Source: an uncultured Candidatus Saccharibacteria bacterium
Lineage (GTDB): Bacteria; Patescibacteriota; Minisyncoccia; Phycocordibacterales; UBA9973
NCBI GenBank assembly: GCA_964634365.1
Contig: CAZWJU010000003.1
Location: forward strand, 36,890-100,889
Length of the DNA: 64,000 bases
Reading direction: 5' to 3'
Part shown: one piece after another, positions 18,309-28,117 of the stretch
Layout: each line of letters starts with the position of its first letter
Numbering within the stretch: the stretch's first letter is position 1
Notes under the pieces: model-generated
Told to the model about the DNA's origin: nothing
Seen by the model: only the letters and a program-made list of their open reading frames with translations
The model's database searches: none
Translations under genes and position numbers: made by a program

Positions 18309-19790
18309 TTAGTCAACTCTCAAGAATAGAGGTTTTTCTGGGGTTTTATTTAGTTTAATTAATTCAATAATTTTCTGTGAAGTTTCTGGCATTATTGGCT
18401 CAAGCATTTTTGCTATTCTACAAAGCTCAGACAAAATCCACTTTAAATCTTTTTTTGCTTCCTCAGGACTTGTTTTTATCTTTTTAAAAGGCTCTTTGGA
18501 TTGGATAGTTGCATCAGTTTGCTGTATTAAATGCCAAATAAAATTACAAGCAGATGTTATATCAAAATTTTCTAAAGATTTTATAAAAGGAATATACAAA
18601 ACTGAATCTTTAAACTCCTGATTGAAAACTTGTGCTGATATATTTTCAATTTCTTCAATCGACAAGATAACATCGTTACTTGAGGTCATTTTTAAAACAC
18701 GAGAAGTTAGGTTTCCTAGCCCATTTGCTAGTCCTGCATTATAAGAATCTTTAAATCTCTCTAGAGTAAAAGGAGAATCTTCAAAGCTGGATACTTCTTT
18801 CAAGAGGAAGAATCGTAATGCATCTACTCCATATTCACGAGCAACATCTTTTGGATCAACTGTATTCCCTAGACTCTTACTCATCTTTACTCCACCATCT
18901 GCTGTGATATGCCCATTCACAACTATTTTATGAGAATTTGGTAGCCCTGCCGCCATAAGCATCGCTTGCCACATAGCACCTTGAAAACGAGTATTGTCCT
19001 TACCACAATACTGAGTTGGTGTTCCGTTTTGCCAGTATTTCTCAAATGTTTCAGTATCTTCAGGCCAACCGAGTGTAGAAATATAGTTTGTTAGAGCATC
19101 AAACCAAACATACATCACATGATCTGGATTGCCAGGTACTTCTATTCCCCACGGCATCTTGGACTTGAGTCTTGATATTGAAAAATCTTGAAGGCCACGT
19201 TCTACAAAACTACGGATTTCATTGAAACGAAATTCTGGAACTATAAAATCTGGATTTTGTTTATAAAATTCTAAAAGTTTATCAGTAAAAGCGCTGTATT
19301 TGAAAAAATAGTTTTCCTCATCGATAAGCTCAAGCTCCATATTCGGATGATCAGGACACTTACCATCTACGAGTTCAGAATCTGTTTTTTCACTCTCACA
19401 ACCAACACAATATTTTGTCTGATAGTTTTTTAGATAGATATATCCATTTTTTTCTACAAGCTTCCAAAACTCTTGCGCAGACTTTATATGTCGCTCGTCA
19501 CTTGTTCTTATAAAATGTATTTTGTCACTTACTCCAAAAAGTTTTACAGACTCGTAAAATTTCTCGACATTTTGATCTACAAAAGTTTTTACATCGAGAC
19601 CTTGTTCCTCGGCTTTTTTAAAAATCTTGCTTCCATGCTCATCTGTCCCAGAGTTAAAAAACACATCGTCCCCTATTAGTTCACGATAGCGAGCGATTGC
19701 GTCGGCGCGAATAAATTCGAGCGCATGACCCATATGAAGCTCCGCGTTTACATACGGAAGCGTTGTTGTTATATAAAAAGGTTTACTCAT
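18309..19790 (-). CDS. metG: Methionine--tRNA ligase (short form)
   Basis: YITTTLPYVN, HMGH, GTDEHG, YVWFDAL, KMSKS; start at MSKPF. Confidence 0.97.
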   Translation of the reverse strand: MSKPFYITTTLPYVNAELHMGHALEFIRADAIARYRELIGDDVFFNSGTDEHGSKIFKKAEEQGLDVKTFVDQNVEKFYESVKLFGVSDKIHFIRTSDERHIKSAQEFWKLVEKNGYIYLKNYQTKYCVGCESEKTDSELVDGKCPDHPNMELELIDEENYFFKYSAFTDKLLEFYKQNPDFIVPEFRFNEIRSFVERGLQDFSISRLKSKMPWGIEVPGNPDHVMYVWFDALTNYISTLGWPEDTETFEKYWQNGTPTQYCGKDNTRFQGAMWQAMLMAAGLPNSHKIVVNGHITADGGVKMSKSLGNTVDPKDVAREYGVDALRFFLLKEVSSFEDSPFTLERFKDSYNAGLANGLGNLTSRVLKMTSSNDVILSIEEIENISAQVFNQEFKDSVLYIPFIKSLENFDITSACNFIWHLIQQTDATIQSKEPFKKIKTSPEEAKKDLKWILSELCRIAKMLEPIMPETSQKIIELIKLNKTPEKPLFLRVD

Positions 19791-19841
19791 AAATTTGTAT
19801 GTACTCAATATAAATTACCAAAGAAAAGAGTACGACTTCTC

Positions 19842-19892
19842 GCCCCGTATGAAACAACATGCGCATTCGGCGTGTTGTTTTCGTACCGGGGT
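19842..19892. repeat. REP-like long palindrome between the AI-2E gene and metG
   Basis: GCCCCGTATGAAACAACATGC...GCGTGTTGTTTTCGTACCGGGGT, imperfect stem of about 21 bp without a T tail. Confidence 0.6.
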
Positions 19893-19917
19893 TGTTATAT
19901 AGAAAGGTTTAGACATT

Positions 19918-20982
19918 TTATGCTTCGAGCTTTTTCTTTTCTAAGTCATCGAAAAATTGTAGTAAACAGACCGCAACCGGCACCGCAAGCAATATCCCCC
20001 AAAATCCAGCAAGTGTCGCACCAATCAAAAGAGATAAAATAACTATCAATGGAGAAACACCAACTACCTTTTTAACAATCAATGGGGCTAGTATATAGCC
20101 TTCTATTTGTTGAACTATTGTATAAAAAAGTATAACTATCACCGCGAGGGATACTCCACCACTAACGTATCCGAAAATAATACCTGGAATTGCGGCCAAT
20201 ATTATACCGAAAGGAATAAGTTCGCATATAGCCGCAGCGAGTGCCAACAAGAAAGCGTATTCCACCCCCATCAAAGATAAGCCTATATAAGTAACAAGTC
20301 CCACGATCAATCCCAAAAGCAACTGCCCTTGAACCCAGAGACCTATCTTGTGTTCTGTTCTCTGCCAAAGACTTATCACATAAGCTTCTTTGTTTTTAGG
20401 TGTAACGATTCGCAAGAAACTTTCTATCCCCCTCTCTTGCATAGAAAGATAAAAAGATAAAACTATAAGTAAAACAAGATTGAATATTCCACCAAACAAA
20501 ACAGAGGCGGCGGTAAGAAATCCTCCAGATATACCAGCTACAAACACTTGTATTTTTGATATCAAAGAAGTAAGTGAAATATTGTGTGATATCCCTGAAA
20601 CTATAGCTTTCGCACCATCAACTGTTGATTCATCTTGAAAATCAGATAGGAAGCTAGAAGGTGGAAGGTAGTCAGCCATAAACCTAACCAAATTTGAAAC
20701 TTCGCTGGTGAATACAGGCAAAAATGCATAAAATATAGCCACGAGTAGCGCCAGTCCCAAGAAATATATACCCAATACACTAAGTGTTCTGTTCATACCG
20801 ATAGCGCGTCGCATCTTCTTCACCCCTGACTCAACAAAAGAAGCCACTACTATAGAAGCTAGTAGTACCAAGACAATATTTTTTATCGCAAAAATAAAAA
20901 GTATAAACAGCACGATCAGTGCCGCATTTACTAGACTTCGAAAACTTATATGTATATTGACCTCCTTGTTGTGATCGCTCAT
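19918..20982 (-). CDS. AI-2E family (PerM-like) transporter
   Basis: About 8 TM helices; QQIEGYILAPLIV...GVSPL...GFWGILLAVP. Confidence 0.9.
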   Translation of the reverse strand: MSDHNKEVNIHISFRSLVNAALIVLFILFIFAIKNIVLVLLASIVVASFVESGVKKMRRAIGMNRTLSVLGIYFLGLALLVAIFYAFLPVFTSEVSNLVRFMADYLPPSSFLSDFQDESTVDGAKAIVSGISHNISLTSLISKIQVFVAGISGGFLTAASVLFGGIFNLVLLIVLSFYLSMQERGIESFLRIVTPKNKEAYVISLWQRTEHKIGLWVQGQLLLGLIVGLVTYIGLSLMGVEYAFLLALAAAICELIPFGIILAAIPGIIFGYVSGGVSLAVIVILFYTIVQQIEGYILAPLIVKKVVGVSPLIVILSLLIGATLAGFWGILLAVPVAVCLLQFFDDLEKKKLEA

Positions 20983-21014
20983 AAAAGCATAATACCACTT
21001 AGACTTTGTCTTTG

Positions 21015-22283
21015 CTAGAAACGCAAAACTTTCTCCAAGAACTTACTATCCTTGAAGGGGCCTATGAGAGCCAGGTTCAGATTCTTGTTTACAAAAATCT
21101 TATTGGCCATAGTTCGGATATCTTCTGCACTAACCTTGCGGATTTTGCGTTCCATTTTATCTATATCTTCAAGTTTTTTTCTCATAACTTCCTGTCCGCC
21201 AAAAAACATAGCGTATGCATCGGTTGATTCGAGCTCAAGTTTCATGGTACCTATTATGTACTCTTTTACTTTATCTAACTCTTCTTTGCTTACTAAATTT
21301 TTCTTGAGATCTACGCATTCTTTTAGAATTTCCTTCACAACTTCTTCTACTCTAGTATTTGTAACTCCAGCTCGAATTTCAAAAAATCCATGATCAGTAT
21401 ATGCATCATTGTCAGAGCGAACATAATACGTCACACCCATTTCTTCGCGAAGCTTTATAAAAAGTCTAGATGACATACCTCCACCAAGTATAGTCGCAAG
21501 CACTGCAAGTGTTGGATTGTTTTTACTATAAGCATCTTCGGTACGAACACCTAAAACAATATGGGTTTGATCTGTTGCTTTGTGTTTCAATAAAATCTTT
21601 GGTGCAGATTGACGCTCTACTACTTTTTTCTTTGGAGATTTTTTTGTGTTTTTTAAATTTGCAAAAACTTTTTTAACTTCACGCAACATATCACCCTCAG
21701 CTACACTTCCAGAAATCACGACTGTCGTAGCAGAAGGTACATAGTGTGCTTTTTTGTAGTCAACGAAATCTTTGCGCTTCATCGCTCTAACATTTTCACG
21801 TGTTCCAGCTATAGACCATCCGGCCGGTTGATCGCCGTAAAGAAGTTCCATGAACAGATCTTGTACATGACGCTGAGGCATATCTTCGTACATATTGATC
21901 TCTTCGACTATTACACCTTTTTCCTTTTCCATCTCCCCTTCTGGAAAAGTAGAGTTCAGATATATATCACTAACAACATCGAAAACTTGTTTAAAATGTT
22001 TTGAATCTGCTTTTGCATAATATCCAGTATATTCTTGGGAAGTAAAAGCGTTGTATTGGCTACCGAGGGCATCTAACTCATGAGATATGGCGCGAGCCGA
22101 AGGGCGCTTTTCTGTACCCTTGAAACACATATGTTCTAGGAAGTGTGAAAGGCCGTTGTTTTGCTTGTTTTCGTATTTTGAGCCTGTTTCTACAAGCACC
22201 AAGACCGTTACTGTAGGATTATCCTTCATTGGTATTGTGACAACCCGAAGACCATTTGATAGCTTTGTGCGTTTGATTTTCAT
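21015..22283 (-). CDS. M16-family zinc peptidase
   Basis: HFLEH (HxxEH), NAFTS, GGMSSRLF...LREE. Confidence 0.95.
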   Translation of the reverse strand: MKIKRTKLSNGLRVVTIPMKDNPTVTVLVLVETGSKYENKQNNGLSHFLEHMCFKGTEKRPSARAISHELDALGSQYNAFTSQEYTGYYAKADSKHFKQVFDVVSDIYLNSTFPEGEMEKEKGVIVEEINMYEDMPQRHVQDLFMELLYGDQPAGWSIAGTRENVRAMKRKDFVDYKKAHYVPSATTVVISGSVAEGDMLREVKKVFANLKNTKKSPKKKVVERQSAPKILLKHKATDQTHIVLGVRTEDAYSKNNPTLAVLATILGGGMSSRLFIKLREEMGVTYYVRSDNDAYTDHGFFEIRAGVTNTRVEEVVKEILKECVDLKKNLVSKEELDKVKEYIIGTMKLELESTDAYAMFFGGQEVMRKKLEDIDKMERKIRKVSAEDIRTMANKIFVNKNLNLALIGPFKDSKFLEKVLRF

Positions 22284-22323
22284 ACCTAGAATAATACCAG
22301 AAAATAAGGCTTTTTACCTATAT

Positions 22324-22352
22324 ATTTGACTTTAAAGTCAAATATGCTATAA
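22324..22352 (+). promoter_or_regulatory. Sigma70-type promoter with a palindrome over the -35 element
   Basis: TTGACT...TGCTATAAT; ATTTGACTTTAAAGTCAAAT is a perfect palindrome. Confidence 0.65.
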
Positions 22353-22373
22353 TACTAACAAATCGATAAACCT

Positions 22374-22748
22374 ATGGGGAAAATATCAAAAGTTCTTTTC
22401 ATTGTGGCTCTGATCTCGATCGCCATGTGCTCATGCACTAAAGAGGAGATCCCTACTACCGGCAACTACGTGGAGCCGGTGGGAAGTGCGGTTGTTGAGT
22501 CTGCTGATCTTGAGGCAGGCAAGGTATATGGTTACCTCGAAAACCAATACGGGGAGGAATTCCTCGCTGAATTCAGCATACCAGACACCCTGGTCGACGA
22601 GATCAGTATCGGCCTTTCTGCCGGTGAGGTAATCATTCGCTACCAAGCGATCGACCAGAGTTACGTGCAGGATGATTCAGGAATGTTCTGTGAGGAGCAT
22701 GATGTTGTTCCCGCCGAAGGGAACCTGGAAGTATCCCGCGTGGATTAA
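22374..22748 (+). CDS. Hypothetical lipoprotein
   Basis: Signal ending MCSC-TKEE; very acidic; visibly more GC-rich than its flanks. Confidence 0.65.
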   Translation: MGKISKVLFIVALISIAMCSCTKEEIPTTGNYVEPVGSAVVESADLEAGKVYGYLENQYGEEFLAEFSIPDTLVDEISIGLSAGEVIIRYQAIDQSYVQDDSGMFCEEHDVVPAEGNLEVSRVD

Positions 22749-22852
22749 AACAGTAAAAATTCGGAGCAAAACCGCAGAGCAATCTGCGGTTTTTTATTTT
22801 CAAAATAGCAAAAAAAGAAACATTGTGATATAAAGGCAAAAAGCTCTACAAA

Positions 22853-23389
22853 ATGAATAACAAAGTCTTAACCCTCGTACTGTTATTTTGTTTTTTGTTT
22901 GGAACAACAAAAGCTCAAACTTTCCTATCTTGCCCAAGTTTCTCGAAAAGCAACAAGAGCGGACTATCTTCTTGGCAAAAGTACACAATAAAAACAGGAT
23001 TGGTTTTTATTGCTGGTGCAAGTGATGGTGTTAGTCAGACTCTTGCGTTCCATTATCAATATTTTCAGAATGATTTCCCCGATGCTCCACAAAATTATTG
23101 GAACCCGGATAGCAGCTGGTACAACAAATGGGCAAATGGTGACCCCGAGCAAGGCGAAGCATTCCCTGGAAGCTCAACTTTTTTTGTTTGGACAACAGAT
23201 GGATATCATCTGTTTAGGACGATCTCAAAAACATCTCTAGTTTCTGGGATATGTTTTGGTACAGTAATAAATGTGTACGATCACAAAAAATGGTGGATAT
23301 ACTTAACAGACTTTGTGATATATTCCGCTGCATATTCTGCAGGATTTCATCTCACGTACACAATAATGTTTGGTAAGCCAATAGAGTAA
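22853..23389 (+). CDS. Hypothetical secreted/membrane protein
   Basis: Signal ending TKA-Q; Trp-rich YWNPDSSWYNKWANGDP...FPGSSTFFVWTTDGYHL; TM segments. Confidence 0.7.
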   Translation: MNNKVLTLVLLFCFLFGTTKAQTFLSCPSFSKSNKSGLSSWQKYTIKTGLVFIAGASDGVSQTLAFHYQYFQNDFPDAPQNYWNPDSSWYNKWANGDPEQGEAFPGSSTFFVWTTDGYHLFRTISKTSLVSGICFGTVINVYDHKKWWIYLTDFVIYSAAYSAGFHLTYTIMFGKPIE

Positions 23390-23473
23390 ATACAAACCGT
23401 AGAATTTTCTATGGTTTTTTATTTGCGTTGACAATAGACACTAGCTAGAGTTTAATTAGGGAAATACGTAAAT

Positions 23474-24175
23474 ATGAAAATAAATTTGGTTTTACTTGCC
23501 TTAATGGTTCTAATACCCTTTTTGGCAAAAAGCCAAAAAGAAGATTCTTTGAAAACAAGGGTTTATGTAGATAATACATTTGGATATTTCCGTACCCAAA
23601 GTTTTGTCGGCCTACTTAATACACAAAATCCAAAAATCATACTTGGGGAAAGAGTAGAGACGAAATTTGATCTAAAAAATCCACACTTTGGTATTGGTGG
23701 AAAATATATTCTTTACAGAAAAATAAATCAGTTAGATTTTGTAGTAAAGAAAAAATTTGATGTCGGACTTACAACTCTATCTTATTCTCCATTTTTAGAA
23801 AAAAATCTAGTACTAATAGCAGGGATAGGCGGAACTTCTAAAAGAGAGGTTGCGAGCTGCTACTCTGTAAGATACTTAATAGATTCACTATATCCAGATG
23901 GTAGTCTTGGTTTTGAGACAAACCTAACCCTCATGGGTAAAGAAAAAGATTTTGAAACTATGATGTATGTTACAAAAAATGGATACTTCATCGGAGGGTA
24001 CTATGCCAACAACGGTGTGAGTGGTCTATGTTTCGGTGCGTACGAACAATATATGTTTTTTAAATTCGTACTATCCAAAGAAAAGATCGAGGGGCAAAAT
24101 CTGCTTTCTGGAACTTTCCAACTAGATCTGACTTTCCCTTTTATAAGAAAAGATCCAAAATTTATCTACATATAA
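23474..24175 (+). CDS. Hypothetical secreted beta-strand-rich protein
   Basis: Signal ending AKS-Q; alternating aromatic/Gly strands; TTGACA upstream at 23428. Confidence 0.6.
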   Translation: MKINLVLLALMVLIPFLAKSQKEDSLKTRVYVDNTFGYFRTQSFVGLLNTQNPKIILGERVETKFDLKNPHFGIGGKYILYRKINQLDFVVKKKFDVGLTTLSYSPFLEKNLVLIAGIGGTSKREVASCYSVRYLIDSLYPDGSLGFETNLTLMGKEKDFETMMYVTKNGYFIGGYYANNGVSGLCFGAYEQYMFFKFVLSKEKIEGQNLLSGTFQLDLTFPFIRKDPKFIYI

Positions 24176-24200
24176 CAAAACCCGCTTACGCGGGTTTTAA

Positions 24201-25517
24201 TTATGCTAATTTGTTTTTTATATAACTTACTAGTTCATCTATGGCCACTCTCTCTTGGCTCCCTGTATCTCTGTCACGCACTGTAACTGTATCCAAGAAT
24301 TCTTTGTTCTCCCCTAGTGTGTCGAAGTCTATAACTACACACCATGGAGTTCCTATTTCATCTTGTCTTCGGTAGCGTTTACCAATATTTCCATTGTCAT
24401 CGTATGCTATATTCCCAAATTCTTTTTTTAGCATTTTGAATACTTCACGAGATTTTTCCACAAGCTCAGGCTTGTTTTTCAAAAGCGGAGAAACTGCACA
24501 CAAAATCGGCGCGATGTTTGGCTTTAGTTTTAAATATTCTCGCACCTCTCCGTTCATCTCATCTTCTGTATAAGCAGAGAGTAGCACCGCCAAAAAAGCA
24601 CGGTCAACACCAAAAGACGGCTCTATGCAGTGCGGAGTGATCTTACCACCACCCTCTTCGTCTATGTATTCAAGTTTGTGTGTCTTGAGATCGTAGTCGG
24701 TTCTATATGCTAGACCAAAAAGTTCTTTTTGGCCAAAAGGATAATCGAATTCAAAATCTATAGTTTTTTTAGAGTAAAAAGCTCTGTCTTCGTCTGGAAC
24801 ATCTATTTCATGAACTTTGTTTGTATCTATACCGACTTCATCCATCCATGAGAGCATTTCTTTTTTGTATTGATCAAAATATTTTTCCCATTCTTCTGCG
24901 CGCACAAAATACTCTATTTCCATCTGCTCAAACTCTCTCTGTCGGAAAAGAAAATCGCGCGGAGTAATCTCGTTTCGGAAAGCTTTACCGATTTGTGCTA
25001 TACCAAAAGGCAACTTCGGGTGATATGCATCTACTACATTTTTGAAGTTAACAAATATTCCCTGCGCTGTTTCTGGGCGAAGATATGAAATAGAACCTGA
25101 ATCTTCTGAGGCACCAACTTTAGTTTGAAACATCATGTTAAATTGTTTTGCTTCTCCTAAAGCACCTCCGCATTCAGCACACTTGGATTTGTCTTCTATT
25201 TGATCTGCGCGAAAACGTCTTTTGCATTTTTCGCATTCAACCATCGGGTCAGAGAAGTTGTCGACGTGTCCTGTTGCTTGCCAGACTTCTTGGCGCATAA
25301 GTATTGCAGCACGGATTCCATACATATCTTCACGAGAAGATACAAATTTGTTCCACCAAGTAGTCTTTATGTTGTCGAGCAGTTCATTGCCAAGGTGACC
25401 GTAGTCCCATGTTCCTGCAAGTCCACCATAAATCTCAGAGCCTTGAAATACGAAACCGCGACGCTTGCAAAGCGAAATTATCTTTTCCATTTTATTGTCG
25501 GATTCTTGTTTTTTCAT
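24201..25517 (-). CDS. glyQS: Glycine--tRNA ligase (dimeric type)
   Basis: LCKRRGF, YLRPETAQGIF, GKAFRNEITP, REFEQME, IEPSFGVDR, GKRYRRQDEIGTP. Confidence 0.98.
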   Translation of the reverse strand: MKKQESDNKMEKIISLCKRRGFVFQGSEIYGGLAGTWDYGHLGNELLDNIKTTWWNKFVSSREDMYGIRAAILMRQEVWQATGHVDNFSDPMVECEKCKRRFRADQIEDKSKCAECGGALGEAKQFNMMFQTKVGASEDSGSISYLRPETAQGIFVNFKNVVDAYHPKLPFGIAQIGKAFRNEITPRDFLFRQREFEQMEIEYFVRAEEWEKYFDQYKKEMLSWMDEVGIDTNKVHEIDVPDEDRAFYSKKTIDFEFDYPFGQKELFGLAYRTDYDLKTHKLEYIDEEGGGKITPHCIEPSFGVDRAFLAVLLSAYTEDEMNGEVREYLKLKPNIAPILCAVSPLLKNKPELVEKSREVFKMLKKEFGNIAYDDNGNIGKRYRRQDEIGTPWCVVIDFDTLGENKEFLDTVTVRDRDTGSQERVAIDELVSYIKNKLA

Positions 25518-25519
25518 AT

Positions 25520-27466
25520 TTATAGCTGTACCTTACCCATTCCAGTTATAAAATTAGTATCATTATACAGAGCTGTAGTCAATGCGGAGCGAGAACTACG
25601 AACTATTGTATTCGTAAATGAATCTGTTCCTGTTAAAACAGTTTCCAATATAATTTGTGGTGTCGTATCTATCTGACTAGTAGATGGAGTGAGAGCAATC
25701 TTGAAAGATGCTTCTCTTATGGCCTTTGTTAGACCAGTTCCAGAAAGTACGTTGCCCAATTTCCAAGTAACAGTTCGGGTAGTATCGTCGTATGTTATGT
25801 TTTCGCTAGCAGGAGACGTAGACCCGGCATATTGAACATATGTAGGCAGTACCGCTTTTGCCTCTGCACTTGTTACGTTAGATGAAGAATTTGTTACTGA
25901 CCAAGTTATTGTATAAGTTGTCTGTTGCTCTGCACGCGGTGGCATAGGACCTGTATTTACAAAAGGTCCCTGAAAATACAGTGCCTTACCGGCAATTTGT
26001 AAATCTGTTGTGACTTTAACTGTTCGCTTTTGAAAATTTGTAACTTCTGTAACAAGTCCACCTAAAGAAGGTTGCTTACCTTTTATACTAATCTCCACAA
26101 TTACAGAAGGACTCTCAAGCAAAGTATTTCCTGAATACAATGGAACTGGAGATAGGTTAAATGAAACAGTTCCGCTATCCCCTGGTTCAACAGACACAAA
26201 ACTTCCTGTTGTACTCTTGTCCCAGATTATTTCATTGTTCAAAGAGTCGTAAAAGCCACTTCCAACTGTTAGAGAATTTTCGTTATAAGCATTGCCTGTT
26301 ATTTTTGCAGTCATTTCTAAATCAGTAACACGTGTCGGCAGATTGTTTTTCCAATTTATTTCAAATTCAATTTCTTTGCCACCAGAAACAACCACATCTT
26401 CTGCGCTTGATCCATTTATAAACAATTCTGTTTCAAGAAAAGGTTTTTTTATTAAAACAATGTGCGATAGTGACGTATAAGTAACACCCAGAGAAGTAAG
26501 ATTGTCTGGAGATGCCTCACCAACATATACTCTAAAAGCACGCTCTTCGCCATCTTGACCAGAGAGAGAGCCTCTTATAGTCACAGTTTTTTCCATACCA
26601 GAAGATATGTCTCCAAGCTCCCAAACATTGTCTAGAGATGCGGCCAGAGGAGTTGCATCACTAAACCTAAATCCTGTAGGATACTCTACTCGCAAAAGCA
26701 TATTTTCGGCGCTCTTTTCAGCACTAGAAGAAACTTTTAAAACTAAAGTTATATCTTGATTCGAAGCAGTTTCTGTAGGGGCGTCTATCGAAAGTGTTAC
26801 AGGGGCTGAGTTTATGGTTACAGGGAAATTCATATCTTTTACGAAAATTGCACTAGAACCTTGAATCCTATACTCAAGAGAAACTTTTACATCTTTCACA
26901 CTACCCTGCTCTCCAAACAAAACCACTTTTATATTTTCTGAATGCGTACGCCCAGAATCTATAGTGCCTACATTTATCCTAGGAAGTCTGACAACATCAC
27001 TACCTGAAACAGTCGCCCCACCTTTAGGATACTCAACGAGCAAATCAGCGAGTTCAAGTGGCACAGAATTTCTGTTTGTGATTTCTATTTGTAGAGACAA
27101 CTCTTCGCCACCTTCAGCAAAAGAATTGCCCAATACAACTATATCTATATTGTCGTTTGAAACAGTTGATGGTCCGCCAAAAAGTTTGTATCCTGCAAAA
27201 ATCAAAGACCCAGCTAATATAACTAGAGAATAAATAAAAATTTTTCTAAAAAAAGATGGTTTCATTGATTCGGATATAGAATTTATTTTTGAGATACTAG
27301 TTTTCTTTGAAGCTTCTTCTGTCTCGTCGGTCCATGTGTTTGATACTGCATAATCTTTTTTATGCAATACACTAGAAGATTTTTTACTTACAACTGGATC
27401 GTCGCGTGTATATAGATGCTTTTCAAGTTCATTTAAACTATTGGGAGCCTCGTCTTTATTGTCCAT
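25520..27466 (-). CDS. Single-pass membrane protein with multiple Ig-like (DUF11-like) domains
   Basis: One TM helix near residues 75-95, followed by repeated beta-sandwich patterns (WELGDI, TVTWKLG). Confidence 0.7.
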   Translation of the reverse strand: MDNKDEAPNSLNELEKHLYTRDDPVVSKKSSSVLHKKDYAVSNTWTDETEEASKKTSISKINSISESMKPSFFRKIFIYSLVILAGSLIFAGYKLFGGPSTVSNDNIDIVVLGNSFAEGGEELSLQIEITNRNSVPLELADLLVEYPKGGATVSGSDVVRLPRINVGTIDSGRTHSENIKVVLFGEQGSVKDVKVSLEYRIQGSSAIFVKDMNFPVTINSAPVTLSIDAPTETASNQDITLVLKVSSSAEKSAENMLLRVEYPTGFRFSDATPLAASLDNVWELGDISSGMEKTVTIRGSLSGQDGEERAFRVYVGEASPDNLTSLGVTYTSLSHIVLIKKPFLETELFINGSSAEDVVVSGGKEIEFEINWKNNLPTRVTDLEMTAKITGNAYNENSLTVGSGFYDSLNNEIIWDKSTTGSFVSVEPGDSGTVSFNLSPVPLYSGNTLLESPSVIVEISIKGKQPSLGGLVTEVTNFQKRTVKVTTDLQIAGKALYFQGPFVNTGPMPPRAEQQTTYTITWSVTNSSSNVTSAEAKAVLPTYVQYAGSTSPASENITYDDTTRTVTWKLGNVLSGTGLTKAIREASFKIALTPSTSQIDTTPQIILETVLTGTDSFTNTIVRSSRSALTTALYNDTNFITGMGKVQL

Positions 27467-27507
27467 GTAGAAAATTATAGCACAGCTACAAGTATACGGT
27501 CGACAGA

Positions 27508-28092
27508 CTAAAGATGACTTTCTTTTAGAGCGCGGTTGATCTCAAATAGAATTGTTTTTTTCTCAAGCTTTTGGTATACCTCTCTACTCGGATCAAAAAC
27601 ATCTTCTAGGATTGAGGCGAACTTCTCAGTTTCACCAATATATCCAAGATGATGAAGTATGCGCAAAACTAAAGCCAACTCAGTTTTTTGTTTATCTTCG
27701 TCGGTTAGATTTTCTTTGTTATAAAAACGTAAACCAAGAAGCAAATCTTCAAAAATCTTCTCGTTTCTCTCTTCGCCTGTACAAAGACGTATAACTAAAG
27801 ATGATATGTGTCTTATGGTGGTGAAAGCTTTCAGGTCTCTGTATGTATACAAGAAAGATTCTTTGGCGACTGCTGTTGTTACTCGCCAAACTTCCCTGCC
27901 TCTAACTAGATCGACTTCAGCATATGAATAATCTTGTAGTGCATATCGCAGCTTTGAACTTTCTTTTCGTACACTTTGTACCCTAGCGCTAATCAAGCCT
28001 AGCTCACGTGTATATAGATATAGGGTTTTATTTGATTCACCGAGATCTTTACTGCCAAGTATTATTGCGTGTGTATGGTGTATGTGGTGCAT
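27508..28092 (-). CDS. recO: DNA repair protein RecO (short form)
   Basis: AIILGSKDLGESNK...YTRELG...VRKESSKLR OB-fold; LHHLGY. Confidence 0.85.
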   Translation of the reverse strand: MHHIHHTHAIILGSKDLGESNKTLYLYTRELGLISARVQSVRKESSKLRYALQDYSYAEVDLVRGREVWRVTTAVAKESFLYTYRDLKAFTTIRHISSLVIRLCTGEERNEKIFEDLLLGLRFYNKENLTDEDKQKTELALVLRILHHLGYIGETEKFASILEDVFDPSREVYQKLEKKTILFEINRALKESHL

Positions 28093-28117
28093 ATATTGAA
28101 AATAGAAAATACACGTA

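Noticed and set aside
19800-19915. T-box or SAM riboswitch upstream of metG
   Set aside because: No GGTGGxACC T-box or SAM-I consensus, and the interval is too short.
22300-24200. Classical integron
   Set aside because: No tyrosine integrase; the hairpins are short terminators without attC RYYYAAC/GTTRRRY ends, and the genes carry their own promoters.
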